Shown here piece by piece: positions 9,718 to 19,522 of a stretch of 58,764 nucleotides of DNA. The stretch comes from Candidatus Saccharimonadales bacterium (GTDB taxonomy: Bacteria; Patescibacteriota; Saccharimonadia; QS-5-54-17): contig JBBDOS010000009.1 in assembly GCA_040876925.1 (NCBI GenBank), forward strand, positions 1 to 58,764, written 5' to 3'. Each line of letters opens with the position of its first letter. Positions within the stretch are counted from its first letter, which is position 1. The position numbers and the translations under genes are program-made. Below the pieces are notes generated by a model. The model searched no databases. It was not told where the DNA came from and saw only the letters and a program-made list of their open reading frames with translations.

Positions 9718-10845
9718 ATGAATATGCATAAGGGTAATGTTGTTGGGAGTAGATTAAATAACAGTGGTGCAGTGTCTATGATTACTGTTATTTTTGTGAC
9801 AATTATATTAGCTGTTATGGTGATAGGTTTTGTGAGGTTGATGGTTTCAGAACAGAGACAATCGACAGATGACGATTTATCTAATAGGGCGTTTTATGCG
9901 GCTGAATCTGGTATAGAAGACGCTAAATCTGCACTAGCTGATTATATGGCCGATAGCGCAGAGTTTAATGCTGAAATGTTAGATAGGTTTGATGACTGTG
10001 AGCCATTTGGCGAGGGGCATCTTATAGCTGATCCTAGTTTGGAAACTGAGATAACCTGTCAATTAGTAAAAACAAGCTTGCCCGATGTACAAGTTGACGG
10101 ATCGGCTGCATGGTCTAGCTTTATGATTCCTTTGTCTGGAGAACAGAGCTTTAATAGATTTAGGCTGGAGTGGCATAATCCAGCTAATGATGGTGAAAAC
10201 TATAGCCTTAAATCAAACAATAGTTTGCCAACTACTAACAATTGGGGTAGTGGCGGTAATCCTTACCCAGCAGCTATGAAGGTAACATTAGTGAAACAAG
10301 GTATATCATCTAATACCAGTAGAGAAGATGTCATAAACTCAACTAGAATAGTTTATCTCTTACCTACTAGTGGAGGGGTGAGTACGCTAAACACTGCATC
10401 AAGTAACTTTGGCCTAGGAGATAGCTCGCCTCAAGGAGTAAATTGTACTAACAGTTCTCAAACTCAGGATGATAGTTATTCTTGTCGGGTTGATTTTACA
10501 AACTTGCTTCCAGGATCTAATGATTACTATGTAATACTTACTCCTTTATATACATCAACATCTATTAAACTTTCACTTCGCGACAATGGAGGTAATTTAA
10601 TCAATATTGTTGATGCTCAAGCAGAAGTAGACGTTACTGCTAGGGCTGGAGATATTTTCAGGAGAGTAAGAGCTAGAGTATTACTTAGTGACCCCGCTAT
10701 AGCATTAGTATCCGATCTTGCTGTTGGTGCCAATGAGATATGTAAGGACTATATCTTGAGAGAGGATCCAAATGAGTCTGGTAATAGCTTTACTACCATT
10801 AATCCAGGTATCAGTAACTACTGCATGCAATCACCGGCTAACTAA
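9718..10845 (+). CDS. PilX-like minor pilin
   Basis: SG|AVSMITVIF without Glu5, then RAFYAAESGIEDA (PilX_N motif). Start uncertain (ATG 9718 chosen; ORF track gives 9679). Confidence 0.75.
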   Translation: MNMHKGNVVGSRLNNSGAVSMITVIFVTIILAVMVIGFVRLMVSEQRQSTDDDLSNRAFYAAESGIEDAKSALADYMADSAEFNAEMLDRFDDCEPFGEGHLIADPSLETEITCQLVKTSLPDVQVDGSAAWSSFMIPLSGEQSFNRFRLEWHNPANDGENYSLKSNNSLPTTNNWGSGGNPYPAAMKVTLVKQGISSNTSREDVINSTRIVYLLPTSGGVSTLNTASSNFGLGDSSPQGVNCTNSSQTQDDSYSCRVDFTNLLPGSNDYYVILTPLYTSTSIKLSLRDNGGNLINIVDAQAEVDVTARAGDIFRRVRARVLLSDPAIALVSDLAVGANEICKDYILREDPNESGNSFTTINPGISNYCMQSPAN

Positions 10846-10927
10846 CCCTAAATAACATAATATTTAGATTGATTTAGCATTATCCTACGTTGCACTATAT
10901 GGGCTAACTGCTTTATAGTATATATAA

Positions 10928-11968
10928 ATGAAAAAGCACAACAATAAAGACGAATATTTCGGTTTAGATATCGGTACGACTGGAGTTAGGCTAGTACAGT
11001 TAAAGTCTGGAGATGATAACCCTTCGTTAGTTACTTATGGACAAAAAGCTTTTGATAAAGTTGTTGATGTCGCATCTATGACTAATGAACAAGATAGAGA
11101 AATTGTTAAGACAAAGATCGATGAGCTTAAGAAAGAACTAAAAGTGTCTACTAATAGAGCGGTAGTTGCAGTACCAGATAAATATTCATTAGCTTCGGTG
11201 GTGAGAGTGCCCCTTAGTAATAGGGAGGAAATGTCTAAATTCATATATGATAATGCAGAAAAATACTTCGATAGACCTATAAATGGGCTAAGAATTGATT
11301 GGTACATAGTCTCCCCTGATACTAATCAAGCAGAAGTGGATGTTCTAGTTGTGGGTGCTAATGAGAGTGTTATATCGAAATATGTAGACCTAATTAACTA
11401 CTTAGAGCTAGAGTTAGTGGCTCTAGAGATAGATACTCTAGCATTAGCTCGTAGTGTAGTGACTAATGAAGATTCTGCGGTTGTAGCATTAGATTTAGGC
11501 TACAATAATGCTTCTATGTCAGTAGTGTTCAAGAGACTTCCCAGAGAAGTAGCTTCTGTTAATATGGGTGGTGAAGTATTTATTAATATGGTAGCGCAGA
11601 GTTTTAATGTTGATAGAGATGAAGGTCAGAAATTTGTTGAAGAGTTTGGGGTTTCACTTGATAAGTTCGATGGTCAAGTACTTAAAGCTATAGAGCCTGG
11701 TTTAGTAGAGATTATAGATAAAATATCTCAAGTATCGTCAGATTTTACTGCCAAGAACAAGACTAAAATAGCCAAAGTTGTATTACTAGGTGGTACAGCA
11801 GCCATGCCATCTTTAGCGTCTTATCTATCAGAGAATCTAAAGACTCCTGTAGAAATAGCTAATCCTTGGAAAAACGTGGCTTATCCGGCTAATCAACACG
11901 ATGCTTTAATGAACCTCTCCTTAAACTTTGGTATAGCAGTAGGTTTAGCTCAGAGAGGATATATTTAA
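10928..11968 (+). CDS. pilM: Second PilM paralogue
   Basis: FGLDIGTTGVRLVQL, VALDLGYNNA, VLLGGTAAMP, IANPW. Confidence 0.85.
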   Translation: MKKHNNKDEYFGLDIGTTGVRLVQLKSGDDNPSLVTYGQKAFDKVVDVASMTNEQDREIVKTKIDELKKELKVSTNRAVVAVPDKYSLASVVRVPLSNREEMSKFIYDNAEKYFDRPINGLRIDWYIVSPDTNQAEVDVLVVGANESVISKYVDLINYLELELVALEIDTLALARSVVTNEDSAVVALDLGYNNASMSVVFKRLPREVASVNMGGEVFINMVAQSFNVDRDEGQKFVEEFGVSLDKFDGQVLKAIEPGLVEIIDKISQVSSDFTAKNKTKIAKVVLLGGTAAMPSLASYLSENLKTPVEIANPWKNVAYPANQHDALMNLSLNFGIAVGLAQRGYI

Positions 11969-11971
11969 GAT

Positions 11972-13756
11972 ATGTTAGTAAATGAGACACAAAATAAGTT
12001 TGAGAAGCTCTTAGTAGAACAGGGATTAATTAGCGAGGAGCAGCTTCAGGAGTTGAGACAGGAATCTACAGAGAAGGGTAAGTCGATAGTTAACTTAATA
12101 TCGGAAAGGAATCTAGTAGATCCAGAAAGTACAGTTAAGACTATTGCAAAAGCAGAAAATGTACCTTACGTAGACTTAAGAAAGTTTAAGGTGGATGAGG
12201 GGCTTTTAAGTACCATTCCTAAAGATCTGGCTAAGAACTATCAAGTTGTACCCGTAGGTATGCTAAATGGTCGCTTAGCAGTGGGTATGATAGATCCTAC
12301 GAATTTACAGGCAGTTGATTTTATAACTCGTAAAATAGGCCAGCCTATACTACCGCATATGGTATCTTCGGATAGTATCAATGCTATCTTGAGTCAATAC
12401 AAGGCAGATGTATCAGACGATATTTCGGATGTAATGGGTAGCGTATCCGAGTTTGCTAAATCAGAAAAGAAGGAAGAACAAGAAGAGTCGCAGAGCTCAG
12501 ATCAAGTTAAAAGCTTTGTCCAAGACGCGCCTATAACTAGAGCTTTAAACACGATATTAGATTATGCGGCTCAACTCAAAGCTTCTGACATACATATAGA
12601 GCCTAGAGAGGAGAATGTTAAGATTAGGTTTAGAATAGATGGTATTTTGCAAGATACTATGACTCTACCTAAGGAGGTACAGTCAGCGCTAGTTTCTAGA
12701 GTTAAGATTCTCTCGAGACTGAAGATAGATGAACACCGCTTACCTCAAGACGGTGGATTTCAGATACAACATAATGGTAATGATATAGACTTACGTATAG
12801 CTATAGCCCCAATAGTGTGGGGAGAGCAAATAGTAATACGTTTACTTGATAAAGACCAAAGCTTACTCAGTATAGAGAACCTAGGCTATAGAGGTAGATC
12901 TAAAAGGCTAATAGAGGAAGGATTAAAGAAGCCACACGGTATGACTTTATCAACTGGACCAACTGGTTCTGGTAAATCCACTACTCTTTATGCCGGTATT
13001 AGTACTATCAAAGATGTTGCTATCAATATCATCACCCTAGAAGACCCTATAGAGTACAAGATAGATGGCATTAATCAAATGCAAGTTGATTCGCAGTATG
13101 GATTAACTTTCAGTGATGGCTTGCGGTCTATACTACGTCAAGATCCTGATGTTATTATGGTTGGTGAGATTCGTGATTCAGAAACGGCTGATTTAGCTGT
13201 GCAAGCAGCTCTAACAGGTCATATAGTGCTTTCTACCCTACACACCAACTCAGCTGCAGGAGTACTGCCTAGGCTTATTGACATGGGTATAGAACCATTC
13301 TTAATCACTTCAACAATTAATACAGTTATAGGACAAAGACTAGTTAGAAAAGTATGCGATAAATGCTCTAAAGAGTACAAGGCTTCTGAGGCAGAGGTAT
13401 CCTCTATCAATAAGACTCTAGAAGGTTTACTGCCTGAATCCGGTAAAGTAAGCGATAAAATTAAAGAAGATTTAGGCTATGACATACTACCTAGTTTAAG
13501 TGATGAGATTAAGCTATATAAGGGAGAAGGGTGTGAAGAGTGTGTGGATGGATACAAGGGTAGGACAGGAATATTTGAAGTGTTTACAATAACACCTGAT
13601 ATGGAGAAGATATTAGTTAAGGGGACTACCAGCAATCAAGTTCAAGCACAAGCTCAGGAGGATGGCATGGTAACCATGAAGCAAGATGGATATCTCAAAG
13701 CCCTTAACGGCGCTACAACGCTAGAAGAAGTTGTTAGGGTGGCCTCTGATTCTTAA
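11972..13756 (+). CDS. pilB: Type IV pilus extension ATPase PilB (GspE/PulE family)
   Basis: N-terminal MshEN/T2SSE_N region, ASDIHIEP, Walker A GPTGSGKST, LRQDPDVIMVGEIRD, Zn CxxC..CxxC. Confidence 0.95.
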   Translation: MLVNETQNKFEKLLVEQGLISEEQLQELRQESTEKGKSIVNLISERNLVDPESTVKTIAKAENVPYVDLRKFKVDEGLLSTIPKDLAKNYQVVPVGMLNGRLAVGMIDPTNLQAVDFITRKIGQPILPHMVSSDSINAILSQYKADVSDDISDVMGSVSEFAKSEKKEEQEESQSSDQVKSFVQDAPITRALNTILDYAAQLKASDIHIEPREENVKIRFRIDGILQDTMTLPKEVQSALVSRVKILSRLKIDEHRLPQDGGFQIQHNGNDIDLRIAIAPIVWGEQIVIRLLDKDQSLLSIENLGYRGRSKRLIEEGLKKPHGMTLSTGPTGSGKSTTLYAGISTIKDVAINIITLEDPIEYKIDGINQMQVDSQYGLTFSDGLRSILRQDPDVIMVGEIRDSETADLAVQAALTGHIVLSTLHTNSAAGVLPRLIDMGIEPFLITSTINTVIGQRLVRKVCDKCSKEYKASEAEVSSINKTLEGLLPESGKVSDKIKEDLGYDILPSLSDEIKLYKGEGCEECVDGYKGRTGIFEVFTITPDMEKILVKGTTSNQVQAQAQEDGMVTMKQDGYLKALNGATTLEEVVRVASDS

Positions 13757-13835
13757 GGAGCCCTATCCCAGTATTATCTGGTATGATATTATTAAGCATA
13801 AGTAGATAAAATTAAGAAGGAGCAGCAGGTTTAGT

Positions 13836-14903
13836 ATGCAGGGTAGTTTACGAATAGAGAACTTACTTCAAGAGGTTATAGATAAAGACGCATCAGACTT
13901 ACATCTTCAAGTAGGGTTACAGCCAATGCTTAGAGTAGACGGTGAATTAATAGCTATGCACGATCTACCTCAGTTAGATGAAGAGACAGTAGAAGGTCTA
14001 ATCTATTCTATTGTAGACGAAGAACAGAAACAGATTATTAATAAGGATAAAGAATTAGACTTTTCTTTTGCTTTTGGAGATTTGGGCAGATTCCGTGTTA
14101 ATGCTTTCCATGAAAGAGGTAATTTAGCAGCAGCTCTTAGATTAATTCCTAATGAGATTCGCACACTTGAAGAATTAGGTATGCCTAAAGCTATGAATGA
14201 TTTTACAGAGTTTCCCAGAGGCCTTGTTTTAGTTACTGGACCAACCGGCTCTGGTAAATCTACTACTTTAGCGGCAATGATAGATAGAATTAATACTGAA
14301 CGTTCAGCTCATATTATAACTATTGAGGACCCCATAGAGTATACGCATAAGAGTAAGAAATCAGTTATGGTACAGCGTGAAGTTCATTATGATACCTATT
14401 CTTTTGCTGCAGCTTTGCGTTCTAGTTTACGTCAAGATCCAAATGTAGTTCTAATTGGTGAGATGAGGGACCTAGAAACTATAGCAGCAGCAATTACTAT
14501 AGCGGAGACCGGTCACTTAGTCTTAGCGACCCTACATACGAACTCTGCATCTCAATCTATAGATAGAATGATAGATGTATTTCCACCTCACCAACAACAG
14601 CAGATAAGAGTTCAGCTAGCCTCTATACTACAAGGTATATGTTCCCAAAGACTCATTCCCTCTATAGGTGGCGGTAGGGTAGTAGCGGCAGAAATATTAG
14701 TAGCTAATTCAGCTGTTAGAAATATAATTCGTGAAGGTAAAACTCACCAGTTAGAATCTGTTATTCAAACCGGATCTGATCAAGGTATGCAGTCCATGGA
14801 TAAAACATTAGTAAGCCTTATTAGATCTGGTAAGATTACTTACGATCAAGCTAAAAGGGCAGCAGTTGATGTTCAAGAGCTAGATCGTTTAATGCGGAGC
14901 TAG
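13836..14903 (+). CDS. pilT: Pilus retraction ATPase PilT
   Basis: ASDLHL, GPTGSGKSTT, TIEDPIEY, LRQDPNVVLIGEMRD, AVRNIIRE motif. Confidence 0.95.
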   Translation: MQGSLRIENLLQEVIDKDASDLHLQVGLQPMLRVDGELIAMHDLPQLDEETVEGLIYSIVDEEQKQIINKDKELDFSFAFGDLGRFRVNAFHERGNLAAALRLIPNEIRTLEELGMPKAMNDFTEFPRGLVLVTGPTGSGKSTTLAAMIDRINTERSAHIITIEDPIEYTHKSKKSVMVQREVHYDTYSFAAALRSSLRQDPNVVLIGEMRDLETIAAAITIAETGHLVLATLHTNSASQSIDRMIDVFPPHQQQQIRVQLASILQGICSQRLIPSIGGGRVVAAEILVANSAVRNIIREGKTHQLESVIQTGSDQGMQSMDKTLVSLIRSGKITYDQAKRAAVDVQELDRLMRS

Positions 14904-14909
14904 GGTCTG

Positions 14910-15761
14910 TTGATTCAAGAAATTATAATTGTAGCGGTGTACTCGCTTGCTTTAGGAAGTTTTATAAATGCTTGGGTATGGCGCCAGAGACAAAAGGATG
15001 TATTACTAGAATCTGAAGCCACAACCGGCAATAATAAAGATATTACTCAAGTTAATTACTCAATTGTTCACGGTAGATCTATATGTACTAGTTGTCATCA
15101 CGAGCTATCAATGAAAGACCTAGTACCTGTTATTAGCTGGATACTACTTAAGGGTAGATGTAGATATTGTAACAACAATATATCTTGGCAATATCCTGTT
15201 GTAGAAACAACAGTAATGCTTTTGGGGGTTATTAGCTTCTTGTTGTGGCCTTGGGAATTGAATAATATAGTTGGCTATTTACAGGTTTTTATCTGGATTA
15301 ATATAGTAGGGGTTTTTGTAGCTCTTTCAGTATATGATCTTAAGTGGTACTTATTGCCAAATAGTATGATGGTATCTCTATTAATACTAGCTTTAACATA
15401 TCAAGGACTAAGAGCGGTAGAAGGTGTTGGTGTTAATGATTGGTTATTTAACCCCCTTATAGGTGGTGTTGGGGCTTTTATATTCTTTTATATTTTATAC
15501 TTATTTAGCAGAGGTAAATGGATGGGTGGAGGTGATGTCAAATTAGCACTGGTACTAGGTCTAATATTAGGTAGTGCGGCTACTTTAGTAGGGTTATTTC
15601 TAGCCTTTAATATAGCTGCTATAGCTAGCCTAATAATGATAGCTATAGGTGTTAGAAGTCGTAAAGATGTAGTTCCTTTTGGGCCATTTTTAATGTTAGG
15701 GGCTTGGTTAGCCTTGCATTTTAGCAGTAGTCTCATTAATTGGTACTTAACTATACTCTAG
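14910..15761 (+). CDS. pilD: Prepilin peptidase PilD (A24)
   Basis: LGSFINA, RSICTSC..GRCRYC Zn motif, MGGGDVKL catalytic Asp, VPFGPFL; TTG start. Confidence 0.92.
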   Translation: MIQEIIIVAVYSLALGSFINAWVWRQRQKDVLLESEATTGNNKDITQVNYSIVHGRSICTSCHHELSMKDLVPVISWILLKGRCRYCNNNISWQYPVVETTVMLLGVISFLLWPWELNNIVGYLQVFIWINIVGVFVALSVYDLKWYLLPNSMMVSLLILALTYQGLRAVEGVGVNDWLFNPLIGGVGAFIFFYILYLFSRGKWMGGGDVKLALVLGLILGSAATLVGLFLAFNIAAIASLIMIAIGVRSRKDVVPFGPFLMLGAWLALHFSSSLINWYLTIL

Positions 15762-15769
15762 ACTATACT

Positions 15770-16678
15770 CTAACTATTGTGGTATTTTTCATGAACATTT
15801 TTAAGTTGAGGATTGGTTACATGCGTATATATTTGAGTAGTTGCTATATTGCTATGACCCAATAAAGCTTGAACTGATCTCATATCAGCGCCGTTATGCA
15901 ATAAGTCTGTAGCAAAACTATGTCTTAGGGTGTGAGGAGTAACTCTTTTAGTGATACCGGCTAATTTAGCGTACTTTGACACACTTCTTTGGACGCTTCT
16001 ACTGCTAAGTCTAGTGTATTCACCATCGTCTAAACCCTCTTGGCTTCTAGAATAGTGTATGAATAATGGCTTATAGTTGTCACTTCTAGTTTTAAGGTAG
16101 GCTTTTAGCCAATTAGCGGCTCTTTCGCTAATGAAAATAGGCCTATCTTTCTGCCCTTTACCTCTAACCATGAATTCGCGTCTATCCAAATTAATATGAT
16201 CTCTATTAAGTCCTACTAACTCAGAAACTCTGAGACCACTAGAAAAAAGTAATTCTAGAATAGCCCTATCTCTTATACCACTAGGTTTATTGGTGTTGGG
16301 TTGCTGAATAAGCCTATCTAACTCTTTGTTATCCAAAAATTCTATTTTAGGTCTACTAACTTTAGCAAGTTCTATCTCATCAGCTGATAATACATCTAAA
16401 CCACGTCTTGTTAAGTACTTCATTAGTGATCGCAATGCTATTAAATGATAGTTTTGAGTGGTTTTGGATAGTTCTTTATCGTTATCATCTCTATATCTAT
16501 TTAGAAACAAACGGAATTTACGTATTTTCTCTCTATCAATTTTCTCCACTCTAATATCGCTGCTATAACCTAAAAATCTTTGTAGATAATGATCGTAATT
16601 GTATACGGTTTTCTGTGATCGATTTTTCTCTATTTCTAGATATTCTAAAAAATCAACAATAGCATCAGATAATAACAT
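15770..16678 (-). CDS. XerC/XerD-family tyrosine recombinase
   Basis: RDRAILELLFSSGLRVSEL, RGKGQKDR, HTLRHSFATDLL, LGH, TQIY. Start set at ATG 16678 (TACAAT 6 nt upstream). Confidence 0.93.
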   Translation of the reverse strand: MLLSDAIVDFLEYLEIEKNRSQKTVYNYDHYLQRFLGYSSDIRVEKIDREKIRKFRLFLNRYRDDNDKELSKTTQNYHLIALRSLMKYLTRRGLDVLSADEIELAKVSRPKIEFLDNKELDRLIQQPNTNKPSGIRDRAILELLFSSGLRVSELVGLNRDHINLDRREFMVRGKGQKDRPIFISERAANWLKAYLKTRSDNYKPLFIHYSRSQEGLDDGEYTRLSSRSVQRSVSKYAKLAGITKRVTPHTLRHSFATDLLHNGADMRSVQALLGHSNIATTQIYTHVTNPQLKNVHEKYHNS

Positions 16679-16723
16679 AATTACATTGTACGACACATTG
16701 ACCTTCTGTGATAATATATATGT

Positions 16724-17416
16724 ATGAATAAGATGCTCTCTGAGTATGTTAATAAGGCTCGAAATAAGGGCCTAAAAGACGACGACACAAAGACAAGATT
16801 AATAGATGCTGGGTGGGGTGTTGATGAAATATATGAGGCTATAGATGGAGGTGATGATTTAGTGCCTCCTTCACCTGATTCAAATACAGATAAGAGTGTA
16901 TCTAGTAGTAAAACTAGCAGTGGAGATAAACCTATTAACGTGATAACTAGCGGGTTTTCTGGTAGTGGATTTGAATATATTATCTACTTTCTAGCTCTTG
17001 GTGTGGTAGCTATATCGGTGGGAGCTGTTTTGCACAGTATAATTAATGTATTAATCGACACAGAAAAGTTTAGTTTCTATCAGGAGACTATACCGATAGC
17101 CTCAGCAGCCTTAGTGGTTGCTGCCCCAGTCTTTATAGGGTTTATGCTAAGACTTAAGAAGAAAGAGGCTAGGCTGCCAGAGATACTACTAGACCCTTCA
17201 CGCAGAAGAGCAGTACAGCTACTACTCCTAGTCACCTTTATTGTAGGAGTTATTAAATTGGTGGCTTATGTCTACAATATTATAACTATAGGTGATGCTT
17301 CGACTTTTGATATGCAAACTTCACTACTAGCAGAAACGTTTCATGCATTAGTAACTATAGGTATAGCTGGTGGCATATTCTGGAAGTACTTTAAAGAGCA
17401 GTCAAAGCTAGACTGA
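16724..17416 (+). CDS. CPR-type membrane protein (DUF5671-like)
   Basis: N-terminal LSEYVNKAR..G...RLIDAGW helical motif, low-complexity linker, 4 TM helices. Confidence 0.55.
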   Translation: MNKMLSEYVNKARNKGLKDDDTKTRLIDAGWGVDEIYEAIDGGDDLVPPSPDSNTDKSVSSSKTSSGDKPINVITSGFSGSGFEYIIYFLALGVVAISVGAVLHSIINVLIDTEKFSFYQETIPIASAALVVAAPVFIGFMLRLKKKEARLPEILLDPSRRRAVQLLLLVTFIVGVIKLVAYVYNIITIGDASTFDMQTSLLAETFHALVTIGIAGGIFWKYFKEQSKLD

Positions 17417-17430
17417 TACATTAAATAGAT

Positions 17431-17850
17431 ATGGAAAGCTATAAAATAACAGCAATTATATTATCGATATTCTTTATATCGATAATTGCTATTCAATTTC
17501 TTTTAACTGAGGATATTCGCCACGACAATCTGGTCTCTGAAGATTTAGCATCTATAGAAAACAGTTTCTATGAAGCATCAGCAGACTCTACCTGGCAAGA
17601 GGGTGAGGTCGATATAGCGGACTTAAGTATTGGAGACGATATTAAGGCCCGAGCTGCAGATAATAACTATAAAGTTAGTATCTTAAATATCTCTGAAGAT
17701 GAGGAAGTATTAACGCTAGAGCTTTGTGCAGATTTCAGGAGAGACACTAGTGATTACTCTAGCTCATCTGATTATGATTTCAATAAGCACTCTCAGGGAA
17801 AGAGTTGTTTTGAAAGAGAGATCTACGCCCCAGTAATGCCGGTTCGTTAG
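17431..17850 (+). CDS. Membrane-anchored hypothetical protein, partner of the DUF5671-like gene
   Basis: N-terminal TM segment, DLASIENSF helix, ELCADF...CF Cys pair. Confidence 0.5.
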   Translation: MESYKITAIILSIFFISIIAIQFLLTEDIRHDNLVSEDLASIENSFYEASADSTWQEGEVDIADLSIGDDIKARAADNNYKVSILNISEDEEVLTLELCADFRRDTSDYSSSSDYDFNKHSQGKSCFEREIYAPVMPVR

Positions 17851-17888
17851 ATTTTTAAAGGATTGGGTTATAGCTTATACTTTCTATC

Positions 17889-18674
17889 ATGCATGAATAT
17901 CTGCAAGCGTTAATACTAGCTTTAGTACAGGGACTAAGTGAGTTCATACCTGTTTCAAGTTCGGGGCATCTAATATTTTTTGAAGAAATATTAGGGGCAT
18001 CATTTGGCGGTGTTATTTTTGATGTAGTACTTCATTTTGGAACACTGCTATCTTTGCTGGTTTATTTCCGAAAGGACTTAGTAAGGTTTATAGGTTCTAT
18101 ACATAAACCAGGTAACGACCAAAAACTAGCTATTAATCTAGTAATTGCGACTTTACCTGCTGTAGTAGTAGGATTCTTTCTTTTTGATATCGCTGAAAAG
18201 TTAATGAGATCATTGTGGCTGGTTGTTTTCATGCTGGTATTTTTAAGTATATTAATGTTTATAGCCGATAAGATCAATAGAAACAGAAATGTAGATGATA
18301 TTACAACGAGAGATGCGTTAATTATCGGCTTTGCTCAAGTTTTAGCTCTTATTCCAGGTACTTCTAGGGCGGGTAGCACTATTGTAGCTGGATCTCTACT
18401 GGGCTTAAATAACGCTGAGTCAGCTAGATTCAGTTTTCTAATGGCTATACCTATTCTGATAGGCGCTAACGTTAGAGTTTTATTTAGTGAGGGTTCGATA
18501 GCTGTAGTTATTAAACATCTAGACATATATATTCTTGGCTTAGTGGTTTCTTTTGTTGTAGGCTATATGGTGATAAAGTTCTTATTAAACTATTTGAGTA
18601 GCCATGGTTTAGCAGTATTTGCTTGGTATAGAATAGTTTTAGCTATAGCAATAGCGAGTGTATTAATAATTTAA
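17889..18674 (+). CDS. uppP: Undecaprenyl-diphosphate phosphatase
   Basis: VQGLSEFIPVSSSGHL, LALIPGTSRAGSTI, ARFSFLMAIP. Confidence 0.95.
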   Translation: MHEYLQALILALVQGLSEFIPVSSSGHLIFFEEILGASFGGVIFDVVLHFGTLLSLLVYFRKDLVRFIGSIHKPGNDQKLAINLVIATLPAVVVGFFLFDIAEKLMRSLWLVVFMLVFLSILMFIADKINRNRNVDDITTRDALIIGFAQVLALIPGTSRAGSTIVAGSLLGLNNAESARFSFLMAIPILIGANVRVLFSEGSIAVVIKHLDIYILGLVVSFVVGYMVIKFLLNYLSSHGLAVFAWYRIVLAIAIASVLII

Positions 18675-18688
18675 GGAGATGAAGATTA

Positions 18689-19324
18689 ATGGAGCCTAAT
18701 CAGAAGAAGTTAGAGGAAATTAGCAAAGAAAAAACTCTGATCTTAATTAAGCCTGAAGGTGTCATGAGACAGATAGTAGGTGAGCTAATTAGTAGGTTTG
18801 AGAAGAAAGGATTGAAAATAGTTGGTCTAAAAATGATTTGGGCTGATGAAGAGATGGCCAGCAAGCACTATACAGATTCTGAAGAATGGCTACTCGATAC
18901 AGGCACCAAAACTTATGAGGGCTATAAAGAAAAAGGTATTACACCACCGTTAGAGCCAAGAGATTTAGGATTAAATACCAGACGTAAGTTAGTAGAGCAT
19001 ATAACTGCTGGTCCAGTTATAGCTATGGTTTTACAGGGTGCTCATGTCATAGAGACTGTCAGAAAGATGAGAGGTACTACTAATCCAGTTAAGGCAGATG
19101 TTGGTACCGTAGGCTTTGACTTCACTCTAGAGTCGTATGAACTATCAGATGCTGGTGATTGGGCTATTAAGAACATCTTGCACGCTAGTGATTCTGTAGA
19201 AAATGCTAATTCAGAAATATCTATATGGTTTAGTGACTCTGAAATATTTGATTACAATACCGCCATAGAGCACTTGCTTTATAGCAAAGATTGGCAACAA
19301 CACAGTAAACGATCTAAACAATAG
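18689..19324 (+). CDS. ndk: Nucleoside-diphosphate kinase (long form)
   Basis: EKTLILIKPEGV, GELISRFEKKGL, GTTNP..A..GT, NILHASDS catalytic His. Confidence 0.93.
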   Translation: MEPNQKKLEEISKEKTLILIKPEGVMRQIVGELISRFEKKGLKIVGLKMIWADEEMASKHYTDSEEWLLDTGTKTYEGYKEKGITPPLEPRDLGLNTRRKLVEHITAGPVIAMVLQGAHVIETVRKMRGTTNPVKADVGTVGFDFTLESYELSDAGDWAIKNILHASDSVENANSEISIWFSDSEIFDYNTAIEHLLYSKDWQQHSKRSKQ

Positions 19325-19378
19325 AATTACTTAGAGAAACTGCCTAGGAGTTTATAGCCTGTTATAATAACTGGCTAA

Positions 19379-19455
19379 GCCCCGGTAGCTCAGCAGGATA
19401 GAGCGTCTCCCTCCTAAGGAGAAGGTCGCAGGTTCGACTCCTGCCCGGGGCGCCA
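19379..19455 (+). tRNA. tRNA-Arg(CCT)
   Basis: Cloverleaf GCCCCGG/CCGGGGC, anticodon loop CT-CCT-AA, TTCGACT T-loop, encoded CCA. Confidence 0.97.
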
Positions 19456-19522
19456 AAAATCTAGATTATAACTATTTAGCAAACAAAAAAGACTATGTAA
19501 GCATTAAGTTAAAACATATATA

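Noticed and set aside
15770-16678. Tyrosine recombinase as the marker of a prophage or island
   Set aside because: Housekeeping Xer-like length and motifs, core-gene flanks, no att duplication or phage genes seen.
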